A stretch of 60,310 bases of DNA, counting the filler, from Sphacelaria rigidula (Eukaryota): NCBI GenBank assembly GCA_964200075.2. It is 8 parts of 8 records of this genome, joined end to end, with 100 filler letters (N's around TTAATTAATTAA, not from the genome) between each part and the next. Parts side by side here need not be neighbours in the genome. Positions count along the whole stretch, not along the records: positions 30,209 to 37,659 come from CAXNAA020014859.1; positions 37,760 to 45,210 come from CAXNAA020014860.1; positions 45,311 to 52,760 come from CAXNAA020014861.1; 5 more parts are not named here. One strand, written 5' to 3'. Numbering within the stretch: position 1 is the stretch's first letter; every line of letters starts with the position of its first letter. The position numbers and the translations under genes are program-made. This document shows, piece after piece, positions 36,635 to 49,600 of this stretch. Below the pieces are notes generated by a model that was not told where the DNA came from, did not search any database, and was given only the letters and a program-made list of their open reading frames with translations.

Positions 36635-39600
36635 CTACGAAACGGAGTGATCGTCCAGCAAAAAACGACAAACAAGGGGAAAATAGCAGAGTTGCAATCA
36701 TATCAATGTTAGAATGAACCTATATTACAGCGTGTGCAACACACCATCGTGACACGGAAAAGAGTGCAAGTGCCGACACAAAAACAGCATCGCAGACAAA
36801 TGACAACTAGAATAAACATAAAATCGCAACACTGAATATTCCGGACCAACGCGATCGAACCCGCCAACAACAGCAGAAAAATCCCACTTCGTCACTTCGT
36901 ACGTGATAACCCGTCTCGATTTGCGGCATGTGCGCAGCGACCCACATGACCAACCTATGACGGTGTATTATAGGTACCCGAATCCTGACTGTGGGCCTAC
37001 CTAAACGTATCCGTACACCGTATTGCCGACCTTATCTGTAGCGAGAGCCCAACATTGCCTTCATGGGATAATAGGCAAACACCCAAAAAGTGGCGGGATA
37101 GACACCATAGGAACAAACATAGACCAGTGTGATGCAAAATCTCTCGCGCGTACGGTTTGTGACCGCGGCTTTAGAAAGCGTCCGAAACAAAAGCCAATTC
37201 ACCGCGGGTACGCGTGAAACTGGCGAGCACCGTAGACTGCGGTGGTTTTTACCACCCCCGATTGTATCTGGGGATTCGCAAATAAAAACTCCCTGTATTG
37301 TCACATCAAGTCCCGTGCATGCTGCAGGTAGATCTCGACGGCATATTCCTGACGCTACAAACTTCCGGCGTTACAATCAACATCGTAACTCTCAGGGATA
37401 TCGAGGCTGACTTGTCCATCACGGGGACTTAATAGTCGGTGTCGCTCAAGGTCAAGTTCGCAAGGTTGGGAGAGGCAATGAGAAGCAAAAGCAAGACCTC
37501 TACAATACGAACGTTATCTGATTCAGCCAACGATAACAAGGTGTTATCTATCGGCCGACCCGTTGAAGGGAAAGGCTGGCACGGGCGGGGGGGGGGGGGG
37601 GCGTCCTCATTTGTTGCTTGCCTTGGTCGTTTGAACATTGGCCATGCACCCCTTTGGGGNNNNNNNNNNNNNNNNNNNNNNNNNNNNNNNNNNNNNNNNN
37701 NNNTTAATTAATTAANNNNNNNNNNNNNNNNNNNNNNNNNNNNNNNNNNNNNNNNNNNNTAGACGCCAGACACGTCATTCCTGACCAGCCTCATTGGTCG
37801 TTCTGGAGGCCCGGTCCCAAAAGGGCTAAGGATTGATTCGTACGGTACGAATCAATTAAACTAACATCACGTGATTTTCGGACGAATCATCGATTCGTCC
37901 GCCCCTTGGAAACTTCCAAAAACACACATGGTTGACTTGGTGAGCTTTTCGGCTGCTCTGTGAACAGGCCGCCACCCCAACGTCAACCCCCGCCCGCCCC
38001 CTGGAAACTCCCAGATGTCCCCGGACTGTCAAGCTGTGAAACTGTTCCGAGGCGACGCTCGCTGTCTTAAAGGTTTAGAACGCAACCAAGACTTTTTACG
38101 GGAATTCGGGACTTGATTGATTTACCCTCGCGGTCTAAGGGTTAACTGATCCCCGAGGTAGTCATGATCCAGCCGTGGTCAAATGATGGACGTACCCAAG
38201 AGAAAACAGGGAACTGCAATCGAGGGGACGTAAAAGAAATGTTCGTACACAGTGGTTGGTCGGTATTATATAGAGGTGCCGTCAACCCCAACCCCGACTC
38301 AAGGCGTACGAGAACCCTCGGGCAAGGGAGGCAGGTGCAAGGTGTTACCTAGGCAAAGAGTGCGTTGGCAGAGCTCAGATCGACGCCCGGCCGCCGATTA
38401 TGGACGAAAAACACGTTCTGGACGAGCTGGGTCTGCTATTGCTCACCTGCCCCCAAAGCATAATTTTTTTGAGAACTTTCTTTATTCTGAAATCAAGTAA
38501 AATCGAGCACCAACCATTACGTGTACGAACAATTCTCTAGGCCTACTCGTACTGGAGGCTACAGTTGCCATTCCGCCGAAGACCACGAGCCGGGACGACA
38601 CCATTTTTTTCCCAACAAAGAAACAGTCGGCTGTAGTACCCGTTGGCTGCTGCCGTGGGCATAATAACGAGTCGTTCGGGTGCTGTATCAAGATATTGTA
38701 ATAACTCAAAACCCGTCGTGTTTTCTTCTCGAGAGTGTTTCCAGCCATCGCTACCGTACGTTGACTTGAAATCTCAGCGATTTTGTCCGGGAGTGCGCGG
38801 GGGGGGGAGAGGGGTTACACACACATTCCCAGAAGGACACGGAACAGGACGGAACCGTCTGTCCCATTCCGTCGCCGAAAAGACGACGGGATCACGACGT
38901 AGAACGCGGAATTCCCTGAAGGGGGAAATGCATGAGTTCAATGTTGAACATTCAACAATCCAACTGCCAACCCTGCCGGTGGCGAAAGGGTTAACCCTTT
39001 TGGGATCGGGGTAGACTACCCTATCCTGAGGGCGCATTATAAAGCGGCATGATTTTCACTTGAAAACGACTGAAAATGACGCCGATTGGCAAATAGATCC
39101 TGCGTGCAGACCAGCTCGTCACCCCTAGTGAACGGGAATTGTACAACATTTTCCCCGAGGACCCCGCGAGGCTACTTTTCCGTTACTCAATCGACTCCAC
39201 GCGTCCATCACTGCCACTAAAATAGAGGCACAAGACGTTGCCGCCGGTGGAATCGTTGCCTTGGCTAGACATCGCTCTCGATGAGTGCTGCGGCGGCAAC
39301 CGCAGGTGCATTCATTGTACAGTATCGCTACACGCCAATTGGATTTTGTTTGATGGGCATTCATCTCTATTGCACCGTACCGATGATTGTAAAACGACCA
39401 TCAATCACCTTCGTCTTTGGAGCAACGTTGTATGGCTGGAAAAATCATGAGGACGTGACTTCACCCCACATACTGAGACGTTTCCATTTGCCTGGTCACT
39501 GTATTGTATGTTGTGCGCAGATTTGGATGCAGGGGCAACTTTGTCGTGCCACTGCTCTGTGCTGCACTTCTGGCACCAACACATTTCCCAACACGCTATG

Positions 39601-41103
39601 AAAATGGTAGTGGCGAGGCGCTGCGCTCACCAGCGCATCCCCACCACTCTTCAACAGACAGATAGGATGTGCCCCTCTTTTTCAACCGAGTGGGCGAAAT
39701 ACCTGCCTTGGTTGAGGCCAAAATCTGTTCATGGTATGGTACAATATGCCTCGGTGAACGTGTGCCTGACTTCCACCTTTGCATACAGACCACACCTGCA
39801 ACGGACACCAACATCATCATGTTGCCAAGGGCTGTCGTCGAAGGCCGCACTTCCACTGCAGTACAACTTTAGTGCTGTACTTGTACGCGCGGAAGATGTG
39901 AAATGTGTCAATCATGGACATATATATCGAAGCCCAACACCCGCTAACCCACCTCCTTGTACGGCACAGTATAATGCACAAGGTACATATTTTTACGCAC
40001 TGTTTCACTCTATCAACGCGAGTAAAAGGATGCCGAGTTCACAGGTGACCCACCATGGTAGTCCAGAGGGTTACGTAGTTAATCAGCGTTTGACCACAAA
40101 GCAATCCATACGCGATACGAAGGTATAGGTTGAAGATGCAACTTTGGGGCGATGATAACTTTTCTAGATTACCTCTACAGTAAAGATCTTTAACTCTTAC
40201 ATGGGTGGTGGGGAAAAATCGAGACCTTTCGCGCACACGGCAGGCAGTAAAAGTACTGTACAGCCACCAAACTCGCCAGATAGGATATATCCCGCAAAAC
40301 CCACTACAAGAGCAATACTAACCCCAACCCCAACCGCAAGCATACCGAGAACCCTCTGACAAGGGGAATGCGAATCGTACTATATGTCGACCCTTTGACC
40401 CCGACGGTAGGGCGCCTGATGAATCGGCATCAATTTCACTAAAAAAAAACATTCCGGTCCAGATGGACTACCCGCATCACGGCCCAAGGGTCAAGTGTGC
40501 TTAGGAGCACTTAAAATCAGCGCCTGTGAATTGGACAAAAACGCGTTCTGCGCACGCTAGAAAAGAGGAAGCGCTTGGGACCGTCAGTCCATCTAAGATA
40601 TCAAGATATCAACCCTTTGGCCGTCAGGGTAGGTCATCTATCCATTTATTAATCGGGATCACTTTCACTCGAGAAAATAGGCCAAAAGGATTGATCGTTA
40701 ATAACTGTGTTTGGACTAAACTCAAGTAATAATAACATTGTAGTAATTAATGTACGGGAAGGTTATTCATATTTCGGTGTGGGAAACTCTGCTGATGATA
40801 GGAGGGACCTAACGACATAACGCCCATATCCAATTCAACATTCAACCATGTGATGAAAACTCTCAGCATAAGATCGGGGATATGCACTGCTTGCTTCCTG
40901 GAGAGTATAGTGCTTGATATTGATAAAATAGCATCATGAATGCTTTGCCTGTTAGGTCTCGGTGAGAGCCCAAACATCTCCTGCCTCTCAGGCCACCGTG
41001 GCTGTTTCCAACCATCGACCCGTACACGAGATGAGTGGAGGACGCCACCGCTGCCACACGCCCTGTTGCTGGTCACCCATCAACTATTAAACCAACGCAC
41101 TCT

Positions 41104-41214
41104 GCAGTATATGAACCATAATACCCACACTCTTCCATTTTTCCCGATGGTGGATGATGCAGTATATGAACCATAATACCCATACTCTTCCATTTTTTCC
41201 AATGATGGATGATC
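41104..41214. repeat. 55-bp direct tandem duplication
   Basis: gcagtatatgaaccataataccca.actcttccattttt..c.atg.tggatgat occurs twice. Confidence 0.9.
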
Positions 41215-44200
41215 CCCCCCCCCACCCTCAGCTCCGTAAAGATGAGTTAATGGATCGGAGTTATCATTAATTACTTCAATCGATTATGAATATTACGGCC
41301 CCGAACTGGGATAAACCCACCTTACTTCTATCGCCCTTACCCTCCGAAGCATCTTCGGTGCTGGCTGTGCAATATATATATACAGTATATATGCACCATG
41401 TCCAAATAGAAACCCAATCGGATATATCTCTCGAGTCTCTATCTTGCTAATGAAAAGACATACGTTCGTATACGCGTATTAAAATGGGTTATCGAACTCC
41501 ATTGCGAGCGCAGGCAGGGCGTTGATGATCGAGTCTCGGTGCTTTTGGAACTCGGTCTCGCCAAAAGCTCAAACTTGCGTGCCGACGCCAAAATTGTGAT
41601 AGTTTTCCCGATGATAGAGACATCTCAATCGAGGCTCCCGGCACATTCAACAGAAATTTACCGTGAAAAAAAAATGTTGAATGTACTGTTACAGGAACCT
41701 CGAGTTTGATAAACCTGTGATGACGGTGCTCGCGAGAATTAAAGATCTTGATAGTTTCGGGACAGAACGGATCCTCTGATGCCCTTTCGGCCGATACAAA
41801 CGTCTATGGTGTACGGCGCCTGAATACTCAACACGAGGACATGGTATGTCGTCCCAATTTAACGAGTCTTGCACAGGGAGAAAACAAAACGATCGTATGC
41901 ATGTTGGAGGTGATTTTTTTTCTCTGGGGCGTAACAATGTGTTCATACTGCTGCTCGCAAACACCGTTACTCCCCGATACAAGCCCTAAAACACGCGGAA
42001 ATCTCCCCCTTCCGGCCATAATAATGCCTGGATCATCTCCTGTCCGACGGAAGTGCAAGGAGATGATCGTCAGCGAGGGTCGTTGGAGAGTGCGTTGGTA
42101 TCCCTGCATTTTGTTCGCAACGTATGGACCTTGTCATGCTGAGGTCGGTGAGATACAGAGCACGACAACACATCAGGTTAGTGCCATGGATTCAGTTGGA
42201 GAGTGTGCCTGGGCGAACTAACACAAGATCGCTGAATTCTTGTCCTTCCTCCCGGATACAGGATAATCAGGAATGGCGAGTGAGATGAACCAGGGTCCGC
42301 ATAACCTTCTCGTGCGGGAGTGAGCATTTGGTAAAGTCGCAGTACAGTCAGTTTGGCTTGTGCAGCGAAGCCCATCGCTCGCACATAATACGGAGTGTAC
42401 GAGTTTCAGGTAACGCTACAAGTACACCCACCCGCCCTGTCGACAGTGACGAAGAACATGGGATGTGACGAGTTTTGTGCCCACTACACATCATCCAGCA
42501 CTGATTTTGCTAGCGGACGGACCGAACACAGAACAAACGTGGGCAGGAGCGACTGAAATGGAACAGCGGGAAGTAACACATTTCCGCCCCAGCGCGGTCA
42601 TAGCAAGGCTTCGCTCTGTGTGGGGAGTATCAATGTGTGCAGAGGGACGAAGCTACATGATCGTACCAACAACATCTTCTCACTTTTTTTCGTCCTCTCA
42701 GTTGTTTTCGTAACAGTTGTAGTACATGTTACATGCTTCAGGTGGGGGCTTTCCGTTGCAAGTTTTCGTCTCTTTCACGAAATTACGAGCGTGGTGGCAT
42801 CCTACACTTCGCTAGAGTTGCTGTGATGGTCCCACAAGAAAAAATCTCATGGAATACGAGACCCCCCGTTATTTTGAAACAGACGAGCGGATCCCGATCA
42901 TGCACATAGCTCTTCATGGAGAAGCATAGTACCCGAGGGACTGCTGATGATGACCGTTGTGTGTAGACCATGTCCGTGGTGCTCTAGTCTAGATCAAGTT
43001 CTCGTCGTGTTTCAAGGCTGTCGATGTTCACAGCGTGCCAGGCCAAGGTTCTAAAGTAGGCCATCGCTTGCTGGCTCCACGTCAACTTTTTGGCCGTACC
43101 GTGGATGCATGAAGAGGGTGCATCGCCCACACGGGTCTTTTCTGCTATGCTCAACAGCCAAGAACATATTAAAGATATCGCGCTTCCGTAATTAGACAGT
43201 CGTTGTACGGTTTCATAGTCGGTGGCTGGCCTCGTCGTGTGTGCATAACTACCATCTCCACGCCATGTGGTAGCGGGGTGCATGCAGAGTGTTAGCTCGC
43301 TCGATGTTTGCAGTGCAGTAATGATCTCTTGGACGTTGTTCATACAGAAAGTTCCGTCTGTAGGATCACTTCTCTTCGCAAAACGCTTCACTCGGTCGCA
43401 GAATCCGATTTGGTACCTAGAAGACCACACACACGCACACACACACAACCCCTCCTCTTGTGAAGCGAGTGGCCCCCGTGATGCTCAACAATAGCTCGCT
43501 TTTACAGCCGACTATTCACTACGAAGATTGCAGACCACTTGCATCACGAAATACGGCACTTTACCGTGCCGTAATCTATCGTGAATGGCTCACCCATTTG
43601 ATGACCTTTCACGTCCAGTTCATAGCGATCGCGAGTCTTTCGCCGGTGACATCTCCCTATGTCCGTTCTCCGAGCGAAAACCAGCAAAGCCAACAGCCAC
43701 TTCCCCTGGCGATATCGCAAAGTCTTATCCTTGGCTGCTCCTTCTAATCGCCGTCCTCCTTTCATCGTCTGATGTGACTGACAGAAAAGTTGTCTGCCCA
43801 GTACTGTGTATCTTGTGGCCCGAAACGTTGAAAACTGTCTGTGGTGGTAGTACTGAGTATGTATGTGGTTGCTTTGTGAAGGCAATGGGTATGGTTACCC
43901 CCTGAACCGATGTTCGTGCCGTTGGGACATTTGAGAACACAAAATACGCATTTTTAGAACAGAAAATGATACGTGCATGCCGACAGCAGTGTTGTCCGTG
44001 ACGAAGAGCGTAGGCTTGATTCATGGATCGAGTGCTGCACCTCATTTCATCCGTTACGAACCCAGCCGTGATCAAAGATATATGCTATTCCTACATAGGG
44101 TAAGGTCAAGGAAGCACCTGCTATTGGCAACTCGAGGAAAGAAGCGTAAATGAAAAAGATGACTCCCGTATAGGCCACTTCTTGCTTTTCTATCCTATGC

Positions 44201-45730
44201 CTTGTTTCACCCCGGAAAAGAGAAAATAGCCTAGGGCAAGACGGATGTTGACACCTTTGAATGACTTGCTGTACAGACAACTGTACGTTTTTGGGTGGCG
44301 ACCGCCATTTTTTTTGCCAAACGTGCTTTTTCAAAACAAACGGTCCAATTTCAAGAAAGCAGCAGAGATACATATCCGTCCTGAGACGATGGATATAGCA
44401 AGTCATTCCAAGATGCCAACATTTGCTGACATCTGCCTGTTGCCCTCTTTTCGGGCGTCAAACGGCTCAGGGCCCAAGAGGCAATTTTTTATAGATGCTT
44501 TTTTTTACAGATATTTAGAACCTCTAACTCGAGGTTTCGCGTGTAAATATGCCGAGTCGGCGGAAATGAGGGTTAGAGTTGGTTTGGGGCGGGATGGTTT
44601 GGATTTCTTGTTCACCATAGTACGTGAATGTTTGAGGATGGGATGTGATGTATTATTGTTGGTTTGGTATGTGGGGCTCATAGTTTGTTTTTTGTATTCA
44701 GGCGAGGGGAAGACAATAATACCAGGAATATTAAGCAAGAATAATTCACAGTCAAATATACCGGGAACCTCGAGTTTGAGATACCTCAAATAAGAAGTGT
44801 TTCTGAAAGTCTCATCAACATGAAAAAAAAGTAATGTAGACCAGGGGACGTACGAGTACAATTAGTGAGCGAACATCAAGTAGAGGATGAGAGCATAATG
44901 GATATTATGAGGTTTGTGGATCGGGATTGACCGCGATCACGTGCGACTACAATGATAGTTGTCGGCGACCGGCCGGATTGGAAAGAAGTACCGATATGGG
45001 ATTACGCACAATCAGAAATACATGGTTGTTTCGATCGGTGGAGGAGAGATCCCTGTTGCAGCAATCCAGCTAGATCCTGCAGTACTGTAGAAGTACATGA
45101 TCAACTCAGGACATCACTGTTCTCTTCTATTCAGAGCTAAAAACAGCCGATCATCTCTGTTGAGGATGGTGCTTTTGATTGAGGATGAGAACCCGGAGGA
45201 TTAAAATCTTNNNNNNNNNNNNNNNNNNNNNNNNNNNNNNNNNNNNNNNNNNNNTTAATTAATTAANNNNNNNNNNNNNNNNNNNNNNNNNNNNNNNNNN
45301 NNNNNNNNNNCCCCCCTCTCCCTTGCTCGCTACAAAAAGGAGGTTTCTGCATCGCACAAATGCACACCACAAACAACCCAGCGGAGACCCCCCCCCCCCC
45401 CCCCCCCCTCCCCAAACTCCGCGGAAAGGGGACGGTCGTACTATTAATAAGTGTTTATATGGTGAGACCCATGAGGGAGAATGTAAACCCATATTCTCTG
45501 AAAGTGGCGATGCCAGAAAATGAAGTACCTCATTGGAGGCTGTCATCCATATGCAAGATAATCAGTAGGCTTCGGGCCGAACAATTTCAACAGGATGCGG
45601 CTCACCCTTCATGCGACTCGCCGAACACATCACGGTGCTTCGCGCTTAGCTTTGTATGGATGCTCCGTCCCGGCTTTGTATGGATGCGAGGTCAATGGTC
45701 ACATGGCTACGGCATGGAAGATCATCAGTA

Positions 45731-45764
<34 letters not shown>

Positions 45765-46607
45765 CACTCAAAACTGGGGCGCCGGCTCTCCTTCTCTTCG
45801 AACCTTGCTCACAATGAGTTTTCCTGAAGTCGTGGGGGTGGGTACTGGCCTGAAGTTGGTAGGGGCCCCATGAGTACTGTTCTCACTTATCGCCACCGCC
45901 ATCATCTATGGTATATCGGGGTATCCCCCTCCCCCCCCCCCCACTCCCCCGATGTCGCCCAAGGTGAGCCCTTCCCCGAAAATGTGGGGGGAAGCTCTTG
46001 GCCTGCAGCTGATGGGGACCCCTGAACGTCATCATTGTTTTTACCGTGGCGGAATGTGACTACGTGTCCCGTGTCGCTCGGGCGAGTAAGTAGCAGGGAT
46101 GTGTACGGAGAAAGTCGCGTTTTTTCAATTCTTGGTCCGAGATGAGCATCATTGTGAGTAGTAAACGACTTTGACACCAACAAGCGGGAATAAAACAAGA
46201 TGCTCACAATCTTGCTGTTGCCAAATGCAGTGTCCTCCTCAGGACCCATTTGATCAAAAAAATACCCCGCGGTTTGAAATCCGTGAAAATTTTTCCACGG
46301 ATTACGCTGTAAATCCGTAGCAGGAGACTAACCCTAACTAAAAATCCGTTCGAAGCGGAACGTGCGCGGATCGGGTTCCCGTGCCGGTTACTTGTTCGTG
46401 TTACCTCTTGTAGTCATGTTCCTTTTTTGTTGTGGTACTACAATCTTCAAATCCGTGGAACCGCGGTTTTTTCCGTACATATCCATGGTAATTTGCAAGG
46501 CACTGTTTGGCACCGCTGGGATGTTCAAAACAGGGTAAAACATGTTAGAATGTCTTGTTTTCCAGTTGCAATGGTATCATCCTTTTCGTGCTCCTGGAAC
46601 ATGACAG

Positions 46608-49600
46608 GTGTCGAGCTATGAATCTGACCCTGCGGGGGCCATGGAAGAAGTTCTGAACTTGGTGCTTCTAGCCTGTGGAGCACCCGCGACAAACGGACCC
46701 TACACGGCGCCGGAGGTACATGTGTCTTGTTGTGTTGTGTTGTGTCGTCACCCTCTCTTATTTTCTGGACGCCAGTGCACACCTTTGGGCATACGTGGGG
46801 CGCAACACCCGGGGTCGCACTGGGGGAAGGTCAACACAGCAGTTTTCATTGTTTTATTTGTCTTTGGGGCTCTACCTTCTTTCTGCGGTGCTCGCTCAAC
46901 CCTTCATAGCGAGCAGGGTTCCTTTAGTCTCGTCGATCGCGAAGTCGAATTATTGCCGTAAATTTCTGCCGCCCCCTTTTTGCTTGTGTTTTTGCGCATG
47001 GGAAATTTTTGGGAGTCATCAGCGCATATAACCACTCCCAAGGTCAAAGCTGAATTTCACCGGAAAACGCGAAAGTGTGCTAGAATTCTTGCGGATAGTG
47101 TAGGAGGTCATCTCCACGTGGCAAAATCTGCCTAGCCCTATTTTCGAGCGGAAAACGCTGCCGGTGGGCCGAAACGGCACTCTGACGATATAATCTTTGT
47201 TCGGAATGTGAGTGGAGCGAACTTGGTAGCGTTTTCAGGCGATACCTGAGGTACCTGTAGTACCCGGTGTTGCAAGTACCCTGAAAACGGCGGGTGCCTC
47301 GGGTACGGTACCCTACACGCGGTCGGAGATTTTATGACACCCGAGGGACCGTGATGTACTCGGTATTGTAAGTACACCTAGGGTACGGTACCCTGCGCTT
47401 GCGCACCCGTGAGGTATTTCTCGATACCTGAGGTTAGCTTCAGTACTCGGTGTTGCAAGCACCCTGGAAACACATGGTATCCAGGGCACGGTATTCTGCG
47501 GTTACCATTTGTCGGATTTTCTTAGATGCCCGACGTGCCCTGTGGTGCGCGGTATTGGAAATGCCCTCGCAAGACGTACTCGGCGCGGGAAGGACCGTCA
47601 CAATACCTTACTCGGTAATACCCTCGATACACGTACTCGGTATCGAAAGTACCCTCGCAACACGCACTTCATACCGGAAGGACCCTCGCAACACAGAGTA
47701 CCTACCTATGGTAGGATAGCATACGCTTACCACTTGTTGGGGAATTTTCGATATTTGAGGTACGTTGTGATACTCGGTAATATAAATACCCTGGGGAAAA
47801 GCGCAGGGTACCTACTGGTAAGGGTACGGTACCGTCCGCTGAACACGATTTTTTTCTCGTGTGCATGGGTAGGGTGTGGAGGTACCCGACATGGAGGCGG
47901 AGGAATGGGCAGCTCTAATGGAAGAAGTGAATGCCGACATGGTATCCATGCAGCCCCTCCTGGTGAAGCGCGGTGCTCTGGGGGGGTTCCTGCTGGGTCC
48001 GGCTCCCAAGGGCAAGGCGGGGAAGGTACGGTACGGGCATGCCGTCAGACTGTAGTCGAGTGATTCAAGCCGGTTCGCCGTTGGCTGTCTGTTCCCAGGT
48101 GATTGCTGTGCCTTCTTCACCCACATGTTGAAAGCCGCAGTTGGCCATTAAAGGTCATAGCATTGCTATAGTATTGCTATGCACCAAAAAAACAACGTCT
48201 CCACTTGAGCATGGCGTGTCTTGTATGAAAATGATTTAGATGAACGTGTTTTGCGTTGCCATGGTGATTTTTTATTTTGTGTCGCCTTGCGTAAAGGTTA
48301 TGGGCATGCGTAGGCATGGCGCGACTTTTTTTTCGAACCTTACCCTTCCCCTTCATGTGACTAACTACTCCCTGTCAGCGTTTTCCTTTGATTTATTTCC
48401 ATTTTTTTTTTCTTGCCCACGGGTTCTGTCCGTATCTCTCGATGCTTGCACAGGCGGCTCGAACGTTCAAGTCTAACTATGCTGAGGTATTCCAGAGGAT
48501 GACGGAAGGATGCAGAAAAGGGTCGGGGCACAATATCGCTGCTTTGACGGCGGTAGCGGAGACCCTGATTGCTCTGTCACAGCAGGAGTCTGCGGACGTT
48601 CGTCTGGCCTCCACCATGGCCGCGATGGAGGTGAACACATGAACAACATTCGGAGAATTCCTCCCTCGGTCTTGGAAGGTTCCTGTAATTTTTTTTTTAT
48701 TTCCTTTCTCTTCTGCTTTCACAAGTTTCCGCCCCTGGGACATTTTCAGTACTTGCCAGTTGAGTAGTCGCAGCGGAGGAATAATCTGCTCATGTTAGAC
48801 TAACTTCGACTATCGGCCGCCATGGTCATACCAGGAATGATCTTCGGAACCTCTCACAAAATTCTTGTAATGTTCTCGGGGACGTCCCCGAGTATACGTG
48901 TAGACTTTTCTTTATTAGTTTTTTGCTGTCGTTGGACGCCTCTGTTGTTCATTCGCGTGATTGTAGCAGAAACGAATTGCGGACATGCGCCTGACGTCCA
49001 CCACAGCCGCATGGACGTAAAATCGCACGATCGCCGGAAGTGTCTCGCAACAGTAGTGGGAGTGTGCTTGTGGATGTTCCTCGAAATGTTTTTGTAGATT
49101 TCCACGGTTGGCTTGCGCGAGATTTTTTGTTGAACACACTCGATACCGCGATCAGAGCAGAATATAATTGTTGACGTCACCGAGCCTCGTGTTTCGAACC
49201 GTTCAATTGTGCTTTTTTTATGACGCTTTTGTAGACCATGACTAGATGTAAGGGTGTTAGGGTCCGGGTTAGCTTCATTCAGAAATGACGTGTTGAACAT
49301 ACATTGGGGACTGGGGATACCAACTGGAGCAAACCCACCTCGATAACTTGAACGGTGACCCCCCACCCCCTCCGGCGAAGATCCGAATATGAAGATGTTC
49401 CTCAGCACACTGACATCAAAATTTTGTTCAACAAAGCAAAACTGTCGACCAGCTCTCGTTAACTGTCGTGTTTTGTGTTGAAATCCCTGCCTCTTTGGGG
49501 GTGTCTTTTCGTGTGTGTTGGGACAAACAATCATTATCCACTTCTCAGCTGGGACTCGGGGTCGCCGAAGGATTGGGTGAAGTAAGGGCCAAGCACGCGG

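Noticed and set aside
37429-37550. Second LRR-like segment (LANLTLSDTD)
   Set aside because: It has an in-frame stop and no convincing donor, so it cannot be linked to the 36509-36634 exon.
39125-43448. MULE transposase hints (DGTFCMN, ECTCG) on contig 6
   Set aside because: These are isolated short motifs kilobases apart with no supporting alignment.
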